From positions 224,001-288,000 of the forward strand of contig CAVSAC010000014.1 in the NCBI GenBank assembly GCA_963725865.1: a stretch of 64,000 nt of DNA, given 5' to 3'. A model generated the notes under the pieces. That model did no database searches. It was not told the origin of the DNA and saw nothing but the letters and a program-made list of their open reading frames with translations. This stretch comes from Candidatus Eiseniibacteriota bacterium (GTDB lineage: Bacteria; Eisenbacteria; RBG-16-71-46). The position numbers were made by a program, and so were the translations under genes. This document shows, piece by piece, positions 1 through 8,878 of the stretch (its first letter is position 1; every line of letters starts with the position of its first letter).

Positions 1-385
1 CCTTCGCCAGCACGCGCTGTGCGGCCGATGGCGACGCGGCGTCGGCGAGCGCGAGCAGCAGGTGCTCGACGCTCACGAACTCGTCCTTCAGCCGCTCGGA
101 CTCGCCCTCGGCGCGCTCGAGCACCTCGCGCAGCGGCTCGCCCACGTACTGGGAGCCGCCCTGAACGCGGGGCAGCCGCGCGAGTGCGGCGTCGACGTCG
201 CGCTGCAGCGCCTCGCGCGCGACGCCGAGGCGCTGGAGCGTCGCGGTGACGGTGCCCTCGTGCTCGGCCAGCAGCGCGGCGAGCAGGTGTTCGGGCTCGA
301 GCGTCTGGTGCCCGCGCTCGCGCGCGAGCTGCTGCATGCGCTCGAGCGCCTCCTGCGACTTCACGGTGAAGCGGTCCGTTCTCAT
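1..385 (-). CDS. clpB: ATP-dependent chaperone ClpB, N-terminal part (runs off window start)
   Basis: Not in the ORF track. Manual translation from ATG at 385 gives MRTDRFTVKSQEAL...GHQTLEPEHLLAALL...LKDEFVSVEHLLLAL (two Clp-N repeats). GGAGG RBS upstream. Confidence 0.88.
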   Translation of the reverse strand, partial: MRTDRFTVKSQEALERMQQLARERGHQTLEPEHLLAALLAEHEGTVTATLQRLGVAREALQRDVDAALARLPRVQGGSQYVGEPLREVLERAEGESERLKDEFVSVEHLLLALADAASPSAAQRVLAK

Positions 386-558
386 GCGTGGGGTTCCTCC
401 GGCCGCGCCGACTCTAGCATGGTCGCGCGGCACCCTGGTCGCTGGCGCTCATGCAAGCGACGCACCGCGGGAACAGCCCCGCGTGGAGACCGAACGAGGA
501 ACGGGGCGCCGCGCGCGTGCGCGACGCCCCGTCGGAGGTCCGGCCCGGCCGCGCCGGC

Positions 559-1851
559 TCAGGCGGCCTGTTCCAGGTACGGGACCAGCAGGGGCAGCAC
601 GCGGCGACCGATGGCGGGAAACTCCATCGCGAAATGGACGGCGTCGGTCAGCGTGTCCCACGAGAGTTCGCGCGCGTCGATGCGGCGCGCCAGGTCGAGC
701 AGCGTCGCCCGCGCACGCGAGCGGTGGCCTTCCGGCACCTCGAGCGCCTCGATGTCGCCGGCGAGTGCCGCGATCGCGAGCGCGGCCGGCGCCGAGAACG
801 GGCCACCATCCGGGAGCTTGCGCTTGACCGGGCGCGCCTCGGAAGCGAGCACCGGCGAGAGCCGCATGAACTCCTGCATGGCCTGCTCGACGTCGGCCTC
901 GGCCTGCGTCGCGCGCTCGGTGTCCGCGCGCTCGTGCGCCACGTTCGAGGCCATCCGGTCGGCCAGCGCCTCGGGCCCGACCTCGACCTCGCCCGCCTCC
1001 GCCGTGGAATCCTGCTCCTCGTCCATCAGATCCTCGGAGTCCGGCGTGTCGGGGAGCGGCGGCGGGGCCGCGACCGCGCGCGGCATCGCACGGCGCGGCG
1101 GCGGCGGAGCGGGAAGCTCGGCCTCGGGCGGTTCGGAGACCCCCGCGGGCGCCTCGAGCGCATCGGCGGCGACGAGGTCGATCGGCAGCGAGGTACCGGA
1201 CGCCGCTTCGGCCGCCGCGTCCTCCTCGTTGAAGCCGAGCATGTCCTTGAGGCGTTGCCGGTGTCCGCCCTTGCGTCCGTTCTTCGCGGCGCGTGCCGGC
1301 CCCTTGGCGGCCGGCGCCTTCGGCGCACGGGCGCGCGCAGGCTCGGCACCCGGCAGCGACGGCATCTCGAACACCGAGGGCTCCCCCCGCGACTCGGCCG
1401 CATGGGGCCGCGCCGGAGCGGCCGGCTTCGCGCCGCCCGGCAGGTCGACGGTGGGGAAGTCGTCCTCCGCCACGCCCGGGTCCAGTGAGGGGGGGCGGGC
1501 GTCGACCGGCGCGCCCGGAATGCCGACCAGCGCGATCTCGGCCAGCAGCGAGCGCAGGAACGCGGAGGCTTCGGCGCAGCCGCGCTCGTAGCACTCGCGC
1601 ACGTACTTGGTCTCGGCCTTCGACGAGGGCGCGGAGAACGGCACGCGCCGGAAGCGCTCACCGCGCGTGGGGTCGCCGGGCCAGATGCGCTGGATGACCG
1701 TGAGCGTGTTCTGGCGCCACTGCTTGAAGTTCGGATCCCGCGTGTTCGCGTTGCGCAGGCTCCCGAGCACCTCGAGCTGCTCGTTCAACATCTGCTGAGC
1801 CCGGGTGTGGTCGGCGATGTCGCTCATCCGCGCATCCCTCCCTTCGGCCAT
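559..1851 (-). CDS. Hypothetical protein: two helical domains joined by a long Pro/Ala/acidic linker
   Basis: 430-aa ORF, co-oriented between the oxidoreductase and clpB. The start may be the second Met (MSDIADH). Confidence 0.7.
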   Translation of the reverse strand: MAEGRDARMSDIADHTRAQQMLNEQLEVLGSLRNANTRDPNFKQWRQNTLTVIQRIWPGDPTRGERFRRVPFSAPSSKAETKYVRECYERGCAEASAFLRSLLAEIALVGIPGAPVDARPPSLDPGVAEDDFPTVDLPGGAKPAAPARPHAAESRGEPSVFEMPSLPGAEPARARAPKAPAAKGPARAAKNGRKGGHRQRLKDMLGFNEEDAAAEAASGTSLPIDLVAADALEAPAGVSEPPEAELPAPPPPRRAMPRAVAAPPPLPDTPDSEDLMDEEQDSTAEAGEVEVGPEALADRMASNVAHERADTERATQAEADVEQAMQEFMRLSPVLASEARPVKRKLPDGGPFSAPAALAIAALAGDIEALEVPEGHRSRARATLLDLARRIDARELSWDTLTDAVHFAMEFPAIGRRVLPLLVPYLEQAA

Positions 1852-1881
1852 CGAGCGCCTGAGGGGGAACGCAGGCGTTCA

Positions 1882-2490
1882 TCACCAGTCCGAGAAGCGC
1901 TCCTCGCGCCAAGGGTCGGCCTCGTTGTGATACCCGTTGCGCTCCCAGAAGCCCGGACGGTCCTCGCGCGCCAGCTCGATCCCGCGCACCCACTTCGCGC
2001 TCTTCCAGAAGTAGCGCCGGGGGACCACGAGACGCAGCGGCCACCCGTGCTCCGGGGTGAGCGGCTGGCCGTCGTGCTGATCCGCGAGCAGGACATCGTC
2101 CTCGAGCAGCTCCGAGAGTGGCAGGTTGGTCGTGAATCCCAGCTCCGCGTGGATCACCGCGTGGCGGGCTTCGGGATTCGGCGTCGCGCGGCTCAGCACC
2201 TCGCGCACCGCGACCCCCGTCCAGCGGTTGTCGTAGCGGCTCCACCGCGTCACGCAGTGGATGTCGCTCTGCACCGTGACCCGCGGCAGGGCCTGGAACT
2301 CGTTCCAGTTCATGCGCACGGGTGTCGCCACCTCCCCGAACACCCGGAAGTCCCAGGTCGCGAGATCGATGGACGGTACCGAGCCGTGATGCAACACCGG
2401 CCACTTCTCGGTGTGCACCTGCCCCGGCGGGAGACGCGGCTCCCGTCGCGGACTGACTCGGTTATCGGCGGGCTCGCGGTCGGAGTTCAT
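1882..2490 (-). CDS. Sulfite oxidase-like molybdopterin-dependent oxidoreductase
   Basis: RLPPGQ...WPVLH, DIHCVTRWS, EHGWPLRLVVP..YFWKSAKW, GFWERNGYH..ADPWREERF. Start placed at MNSDREP. Confidence 0.9.
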   Translation of the reverse strand: MNSDREPADNRVSPRREPRLPPGQVHTEKWPVLHHGSVPSIDLATWDFRVFGEVATPVRMNWNEFQALPRVTVQSDIHCVTRWSRYDNRWTGVAVREVLSRATPNPEARHAVIHAELGFTTNLPLSELLEDDVLLADQHDGQPLTPEHGWPLRLVVPRRYFWKSAKWVRGIELAREDRPGFWERNGYHNEADPWREERFSDW

Positions 2491-3607
2491 GCTGGACTGG
2501 GCCTCCGGCAGGCGCGCCGCCGATTCGGTCGGGCGCCCGCAAGTGGATGGGGTGACTCGAGGATGCGACCGGAACGGCTCCGGTCGCGGGCCGGCTCGAG
2601 ACCGCGGGAATGCCCGCCGGCGGCCCGAGAATTCCGCGGCCGGCGGCCGGAACACCGACCGCCGGGAGCTCGACGAGCTGCTCGCCGGCCGCGTGACGGA
2701 TCGCGACCTGACGACCCGCCGCACCGCCCGGCGCGTACGTCTCGATCGCCGCCAGCGCGCGGGCGCGCGCATCGGCGTCGAGGGGCCCGCACCCGAGCAC
2801 CACCGGCCCCTTGAAGCCCGCGGGCTCCACCAGCCAGCGGCGCGCGTCCACCGATTCGCGCAGCGCGTCGTTCTCGGCGGCGTCGCGCCCCACGATCAAC
2901 GTCAGGTCGGCCCGCGCCTGCAGGTGCCGGCCGAGCGACAGGAGTCGCACGTCGAGCACGTCGAGTGCGGTCTCCGGCACGCGCGCGAACAGCGCGCGGA
3001 GGCGCTGCGCGTAGATCGGGTCGGTGAGCAGGCAGCCGCCGCCCGGTGAGCCGTGATGGCGCAGGCCGAGCCGAGCCGCGAGCGCGAGCTGCTCCGAGCG
3101 CGAGCGCCCGGTGAGCCCGAGCAGCCGCGCGCGGTCCACCCACCCGCGCTTCTCGGGCTCGGTCTCGGCGAGCACCTGCGCCGAGAGCGGGCGCACGATC
3201 CAGCCCGCGAGCCCTGCGCGCCGGTCGATCAGCGCGATCGCCTTCGCGGTCTGGGACATCGGGCGCTGGCCGAGCACCTCGCCGGTGAACAGGAACTGCG
3301 CGCCGAACTCCTCGAGATACGGCCGCCCGAGCTCGAACATGAAGATCCGGCAGTCCACGCAGGGGTTCATGTTGCGGCCGTAGCCGTACTGCGGCGACCG
3401 CAGCAGGCGCAGGTACTCACGCCCCTTGTCGCGCACCACGAGCCGGATGCCGAGCTCCGCAGCCAGCTCGCGCACGCCACTGCGGCAGGCGGTCGGCGAC
3501 TCCAGGTGCAGGCCGACGACCTCGATCCCCTGGTCGATCAGCAGTCGCGCGGCGAGTGCGCTGTCGAGACCGCCGGAGAGCAGGCCGACGGCGCGGATGC
3601 GGGGCAT
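2462..3607 (-). CDS. PP-loop tRNA thiolase-like protein (ThiI/MnmA-related)
   Basis: LLSGGLDS PP-loop, NPCVDCRIFM, TGEVLGQRPMSQ, GGGCLLTD, LIVGRD..EN. Confidence 0.8.
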   Translation of the reverse strand: MPRIRAVGLLSGGLDSALAARLLIDQGIEVVGLHLESPTACRSGVRELAAELGIRLVVRDKGREYLRLLRSPQYGYGRNMNPCVDCRIFMFELGRPYLEEFGAQFLFTGEVLGQRPMSQTAKAIALIDRRAGLAGWIVRPLSAQVLAETEPEKRGWVDRARLLGLTGRSRSEQLALAARLGLRHHGSPGGGCLLTDPIYAQRLRALFARVPETALDVLDVRLLSLGRHLQARADLTLIVGRDAAENDALRESVDARRWLVEPAGFKGPVVLGCGPLDADARARALAAIETYAPGGAAGRQVAIRHAAGEQLVELPAVGVPAAGRGILGPPAGIPAVSSRPATGAVPVASSSHPIHLRAPDRIGGAPAGGPVQHELRPRARR

Positions 3608-3765
3608 GGTGGGTAGGGTCCTCGTGCGGGTGGCAGGCGTGAGGTGGAGGCCCGAAGGGTGGCGAAGCGCCGAGCGGGCGTCAAGGCGCGAGCGGACGAG
3701 CCGCGGACGATCGACGCGGCCCGCGCGGCGCGGCGATCACCGGCGCCGCGGCCGCGCCGGGCGGC

Positions 3766-5763
3766 TCACGTCAGCCAGCGCCGCAGCCAGGCGTGGACCT
3801 CGGCGTACCAGCGCACCGAGTTGCGCGGCTTGAGCACCCAGTGGTTCTCGTCGGGGAACACCACCAGCCGCGCGGGCACTCCCTTGGCCCGCAGCACGCC
3901 GTAGCACTCGAGCCCCTGCGCCAGCGGAACGCGGAAGTCGCGCTCGCCGTGCAGAACCAGCATCGGAGTCGCGGCGCCGCGCGCGGCCCGCGCCGGATTG
4001 AACGCGTCGATGCGCTCGAGGCCCTCCCACGGCTCGCCGCCGAACGCGAGATCGCGGCCCTGGGTGACGTCGCTCGCGTACTGCGCGAGCGTGTCGTAGA
4101 CGCCCGCGTGGTTCACCGCGCACCGGAACCGGTCGGAGTGCGACGCGATCCAGCTGGCGAGGTAGCCGCCGTACGAGCCGCCCACCACCGCCATGCGGGC
4201 CGGGTCGACGAGCCCCGTATCGACCAGCGCGTCGGTCGCGCGCATCACGTCCTCGAACGGGCGCTCGCCCCAGCCGCCCAGGATGCGCCGGGCGAAGTCC
4301 TGCCCCCACGAGGTGGAGCCCTGGAAGTTGACCAGCGCCGCGACGTAGCCCGGCGCGGCGAACAGCTGGGCGTTCCAGCGCGGATGGAACGCGTCGGCGC
4401 TGACGCCGTGCGGCCCCCCGTGCATCACGTGCACGAGCGGCGGCGGCGGCGAGAGTGCGGCGGCGGGCGGTTGGAGCACGAACATCTGCACGCGCGCGCC
4501 GCCCGCGCCCGCGAACCACGCCTCGTGCACCTCGCCGGTCGCGAACGCCGCAGTGGCCTCGGCGGTGAAGTCCGTCAGGCGCCGCGGCGGCGCGCCGTCG
4601 TGCGCGGTGACGTACACCTCCGCGGGCGCCGCCAGCGTCTGGAGCGTGAACGCGATCCGGCCGTCGGGCAGCGGCACGAGCCCGCTCAGCGAGCCGCCGC
4701 GCACCGCGCACGCGGGCGTGCCCTCGCCCCGCCAGCGGAACAGGGAGACCCGCGCCGCGTCCTCGGCGAGCAGCGCGAGCGAGCCGTCGGGCAGCACCTC
4801 CCATGCGTCCGGCGAGCGGTCCCAGTCGCCGAGCCACGCGCGGTGGGTGTCGCGCTCGCGGTCGTAGCGCATCAGGCGCACGCGATCGGCGTAGAAGTGT
4901 GGATCCTCCTGCATGCCGTACACGATCGCCCGCCCGTCGGGCGTGTAGCGCGGCCGCAGGTCGTTTGCGGGGTGGTCCGGCGTCAGGCAGCGCAGCGGGC
5001 CGCCCGCGAGCGGTGCCGCGAACAACGCCGCGCGCAGCAGGCCGCCCGGCTCGAGCCGATAGCTCTCGAACACCACCTCGGTGCCGTCCGGCGCGATCGC
5101 GTAGCGGCCGCGCGGGTCGATCCAGTCGAACCACCCGCGCGAATCCGGCGTGAGGTCCCGCAGCGAGTCGCCGGCAGGATCGACCAGGAACAGGTGCGGC
5201 ACCTCGTCGCCGGTCAGCCACACGTCCCAGTAGCGGTACACGCGCGCCTCGGTCGCGTGCACCTTCACCGGGTCGCGCTCGCGGCGCTGGAGTTCCTCGC
5301 GCGTCGCCGTGGGTCCCGGTTGCCCGGCGAGCACCGGCGCCACGCATACGATTCCGGAGCCGTCCGGCAGCCAGGTCGGATCGAAGCAGCCCAGCGGCAG
5401 GTCGGTGAGCGCGCGCGCCTCGCCGCCGTCGAGTGGCATCGCGTGGAGCTGGCCCTTGCCGTCGACCTTGCGCACGAACGCCAGCGTGCGACCGTCGGGC
5501 GAGAGCGCGGGGTCCTGGCTGGCGTGCTCGGGCGCGGTCAGCGCGCGCCGCGGCGAGCCGTCGAGCGGCACCCACCACAGCTGGCCGCGGCCGTCGTTGC
5601 GCTCCAGGTCGTAGCGGGTGACCGGCACCACCAGCGCGCTGCCGTCAGGCGCGCACACCGGCGCCCCGACGCGCGGGATGGCCCACAGGTCCTCGGCCGT
5701 CATCGGCCGTGGTCCAGGGCGGGCGGCGTGCAGCAGCGTGCTCTCCAGCGGTGCGACAGGCAT
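3766..5763 (-). CDS. S9 family peptidase (prolyl oligopeptidase/acylaminoacyl peptidase)
   Basis: Beta-propeller repeats, HGGPH, GGSYGGY, HGERDFRV, FPDENHW. GGAG RBS before ATG at 5763. Confidence 0.92.
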   Translation of the reverse strand: MPVAPLESTLLHAARPGPRPMTAEDLWAIPRVGAPVCAPDGSALVVPVTRYDLERNDGRGQLWWVPLDGSPRRALTAPEHASQDPALSPDGRTLAFVRKVDGKGQLHAMPLDGGEARALTDLPLGCFDPTWLPDGSGIVCVAPVLAGQPGPTATREELQRRERDPVKVHATEARVYRYWDVWLTGDEVPHLFLVDPAGDSLRDLTPDSRGWFDWIDPRGRYAIAPDGTEVVFESYRLEPGGLLRAALFAAPLAGGPLRCLTPDHPANDLRPRYTPDGRAIVYGMQEDPHFYADRVRLMRYDRERDTHRAWLGDWDRSPDAWEVLPDGSLALLAEDAARVSLFRWRGEGTPACAVRGGSLSGLVPLPDGRIAFTLQTLAAPAEVYVTAHDGAPPRRLTDFTAEATAAFATGEVHEAWFAGAGGARVQMFVLQPPAAALSPPPPLVHVMHGGPHGVSADAFHPRWNAQLFAAPGYVAALVNFQGSTSWGQDFARRILGGWGERPFEDVMRATDALVDTGLVDPARMAVVGGSYGGYLASWIASHSDRFRCAVNHAGVYDTLAQYASDVTQGRDLAFGGEPWEGLERIDAFNPARAARGAATPMLVLHGERDFRVPLAQGLECYGVLRAKGVPARLVVFPDENHWVLKPRNSVRWYAEVHAWLRRWLT

Positions 5764-5979
5764 CGACTCCCTCCGGGAACGCGACGGGGGAAGCGGCAGC
5801 GTAGCAGCGCCGCCGACGATTGCGGTATCCTGCCCCGTTCGCAGACCCCAGTCACGGACGGGACGGCCGGACCGCGGCGCGCGCCTCCCCGCGCGCGACC
5901 GCGCCGCGCACGGCACGGCACGCCGCCCCGGGACCTCAACCGGAGAACCCCGCCGCCGGGTTCGAGCCACAGGACCCCG

Positions 5980-8697
5980 ATGAGCAGCGACACCACCGAT
6001 CTCGACCAGCAGTCATTCAGACTCAACCTCCTCTCCTTCAAGCAGCAGCTGCCGGACGCCGATCCGCAGGAGACGCAGGAGTGGATCGACGCCCTCGACG
6101 GCGTGCTGGCCACCCACGGGCGCGAGCGCGCCGACTTCCTGCTGCGGAAGGTGCTCAAGCGCGCGCGCCAGCTCCACGTCGGGCTGCCCGGCCTGGTGCA
6201 GTCCCGCTACATCAACACCATCTCGCCGGAGCAGGAGCCCCCGTTCCCCGGCGACGAGCAGATGGAGCTGCGCGTCCGCCGCATCATCCGCTGGAACGCG
6301 GCGGCGATGGTGGTGCGCGCGAACCACCTGTTCGCGGGACTCGGCGGCCACCTCGCGACCTACGCCTCGAGCGCGAGCCTCTACGAGGTGGGCTTCAACC
6401 ACTTCTTCCGCGGCAAGGACGACGGCCGCTCGGGCGACCAGATCTTCTTCCAGGGCCACGCGGCGCCCGGCTTCTACGCGCGCGCGTTCCTCGAGGGGCG
6501 GCTGAGCGAGGCGCAGCTCGACCACTTCCGCCGCGAGGTGGTGCCGGGCCAGGGGCTCTCGTCGTACCCGCACCCGCGCCTGATGCCGGACTTCTGGGAG
6601 TTCCCGACCGTGTCGATGGGCCTCGGTCCGATCGCCGCGATCTACCAGGCGCGCTTCAACCGCTACCTGCACGCGCGCCAGCTCGCCGACACGGCGGGCT
6701 CGCGGGTGTGGGCGTTCCTCGGCGACGGCGAGATGGACGAGGTCGAGGCGCAGGGGGCGCTCACGGTCGCCTCCCGCGAGGGGCTCGACAACCTGACGTT
6801 CGTCGTCAACTGCAACCTGCAGCGCCTCGACGGCCCGGTGCGGGGCAACGGCAAGATCATCCAGGAGCTGGAGTCGCTGTTCACCGGCGCGGGCTGGAAC
6901 GTGATCAAGGTGATCTGGTCGCGCGACTGGGACCCGTTGCTCGCGCAGGACGTGGACGGCGCGCTGGTCGAGGCGATGAACGAGACCGTCGACGGCGAGT
7001 GGCAGCGATACTCGATGGAGAGCGGCGCCTACATCCGCGAGCACTTCTTCGGGCGCGACCCGCGCCTGCTCGCGATGGTCGAGGGTCACACCGACGAGCA
7101 GCTGCGCAGCCTGCGGCGCGGCGGCCACGACTACCGCAAGGTGTACGCGGCGTACGCCACCGCGACCGCGCACGCGGGCCAGCCCACCGTGATCCTCGCG
7201 AAGACGGTGAAGGGCTGGACGCTGCCGCCGGCGGAGGCCAAGAACATCGCGCACCAGGTGAAGAAGATGAACACCGAGGAGCTGCGCAAGTTCCGCGACC
7301 GGCTCCAGCTGCCGATCTCGGACCGCAAGCTCGCGGACGCGCCGTTCTACCATCCCGGCCCCGACAGCGAGGAGGTGCGCTACCTGCTCGAGCGCCGGCG
7401 CGCGCTCGGCGGCTGCGTGCCGAAGCGCGTGGTGCGGGCGAAGCCGCTGCCGGCGCCGCAGGACAAGGTGTTCGCCGAGTTCGCGGCGGGCACCGGCGAG
7501 AAGCAACTGGTCTCGACCACGATGGCGTTCGCGAAGCTGCTGCGGAACCTGGTGCGCGATCCGAACTGGGGCCCGCGCGTGGTGCCGATCATCCCCGACG
7601 AGGCGCGCACGTTCGGCATGGAGGTGCTGTTCCGCGAGATCGGCATCTACGCGCCGTTCGGCCAGAAGTACGAGCCGGTGGACTCCAAGGTGGTGCTCTC
7701 GTACACCGAGAAGCGCGACGGCCAGCTGCTGGAGGAGGGCATCACCGAGGCGGGCTCGATGGCCTCGCTGCAGGCCGCGGGCACCTCGTACGCGACGCAC
7801 GGCGTCTCCACGGTGCCGTTCTACATCTTCTATTCGATGTTCCTGCAGCGCACGCTCGACCAGCTGTGGGCGTTCGGCGACATCCGCGGGCGCGGCTTCC
7901 TGCTCGGTGCCACCGCGGGGCGCACCACGCTCAACGGCGAGGGCCTGCAGCACGAGGACGGCCACACCCACCTGCTGGTCTCCGCGGTGCCGAACCTCCG
8001 CGCGTACGACCCGGCGTTCGCGTACGAGGTCGCGGCCATCATCCGCGACGGTCTCGACCGCATGTTCGCGAAGCAGGAGGAGGTCTTCTACTACCTCACG
8101 CTCTACAACCAGGACATCGCGATGCCCGCGATGCCCGAGGACGCGACCGAGGGGATCCTGCGCGGCCTCTACCTCTACCGCCCCGCCGCGGCCCCGAAGA
8201 AATCGCGCGCGCAGATCCTGGCGAGCGGCATCCTCGTGCAGGAGGCGCTGCGCGCGCAGGCACTGCTGGCCGAGCGTTTCGGCGTGGCGGCCGACGTGTG
8301 GAGCGCGACCTCGTGGCAGCAGCTGCGCAACGAGGCGCTCGCGGTGGAGCGCTGGAACCGGCTGCACCCGGCGCAGACGCCGCGCGTGCCGTACGTGACG
8401 CGGGTGCTGCAGAAGAGCGAGGGCCCGGTGATCGCGACCTCCGACTGGGTGAAGGCGGTGCCCGACATGATCGCCCGCTGGGTGCCGCGCAGCTACACCA
8501 CGCTCGGTACCGATGGCTTCGGACGCAGCGACACGCGCGAGGCGCTGCGGCGCCACTTCGAGATCGACGCCGAGCACGTGGCGGTCGCGGTGCTGGGCGC
8601 GCTGATGCGCGAGGGCAAGCTGGGCGCCGAAGTGGTCGAAAAGGCGATCCGCCAGCTGGGGCTGGCGGCGGACGGCATCGAGCCGCGCGAGGCGTAG
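5980..8697 (+). CDS. aceE: Pyruvate dehydrogenase E1 component, homodimeric type
   Basis: DADPQETQEW, FPTVSMGLGP, GDGEMDE...NCNLQRLDGP, EEGITEAG, GRTTLNGEGLQHEDG, GTDGFGRSDTR. The gene is the 3' part of the 3793..8697 ORF. Confidence 0.97.
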   Translation: MSSDTTDLDQQSFRLNLLSFKQQLPDADPQETQEWIDALDGVLATHGRERADFLLRKVLKRARQLHVGLPGLVQSRYINTISPEQEPPFPGDEQMELRVRRIIRWNAAAMVVRANHLFAGLGGHLATYASSASLYEVGFNHFFRGKDDGRSGDQIFFQGHAAPGFYARAFLEGRLSEAQLDHFRREVVPGQGLSSYPHPRLMPDFWEFPTVSMGLGPIAAIYQARFNRYLHARQLADTAGSRVWAFLGDGEMDEVEAQGALTVASREGLDNLTFVVNCNLQRLDGPVRGNGKIIQELESLFTGAGWNVIKVIWSRDWDPLLAQDVDGALVEAMNETVDGEWQRYSMESGAYIREHFFGRDPRLLAMVEGHTDEQLRSLRRGGHDYRKVYAAYATATAHAGQPTVILAKTVKGWTLPPAEAKNIAHQVKKMNTEELRKFRDRLQLPISDRKLADAPFYHPGPDSEEVRYLLERRRALGGCVPKRVVRAKPLPAPQDKVFAEFAAGTGEKQLVSTTMAFAKLLRNLVRDPNWGPRVVPIIPDEARTFGMEVLFREIGIYAPFGQKYEPVDSKVVLSYTEKRDGQLLEEGITEAGSMASLQAAGTSYATHGVSTVPFYIFYSMFLQRTLDQLWAFGDIRGRGFLLGATAGRTTLNGEGLQHEDGHTHLLVSAVPNLRAYDPAFAYEVAAIIRDGLDRMFAKQEEVFYYLTLYNQDIAMPAMPEDATEGILRGLYLYRPAAAPKKSRAQILASGILVQEALRAQALLAERFGVAADVWSATSWQQLRNEALAVERWNRLHPAQTPRVPYVTRVLQKSEGPVIATSDWVKAVPDMIARWVPRSYTTLGTDGFGRSDTREALRRHFEIDAEHVAVAVLGALMREGKLGAEVVEKAIRQLGLAADGIEPREA

Positions 8698-8700
8698 CCG

Positions 8701-8741
8701 GGCGGCGGAGACGCGCGCCGCCTCCGTCCGCCGTCCACTTT
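8701..8741 (+). terminator. Possible hairpin terminator after aceE
   Basis: GGCGG-CGGAG...CTCCG-T-CCGCC imperfect stem followed by CACTTT. Confidence 0.4.
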
Positions 8742-8745
8742 CCGC

Positions 8746-8774
8746 TTGTTCCGCCCCGGATGGCCGCCTAACTT
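8746..8774 (+). promoter_or_regulatory. Sigma70-like promoter
   Basis: TTGTTC-N17-TAACTT. The same geometry occurs upstream of the paralog (18553-18581). Confidence 0.6.
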
Positions 8775-8878
8775 CGGGCCATGGGTGTGGCCCCTCCCAC
8801 GGAGTGCGCAGGTCCTCCTCGCGCGCACGCTCACCTTCGACGCCCGGACTGGGGCACACGAAGCAGAAGGAGCACCCG

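Noticed and set aside
3793..5979. Apparent 729-aa N-terminal extension of AceE
   Set aside because: Stop-free antisense frame of the S9 peptidase gene. AceE similarity starts at ATG 5980.
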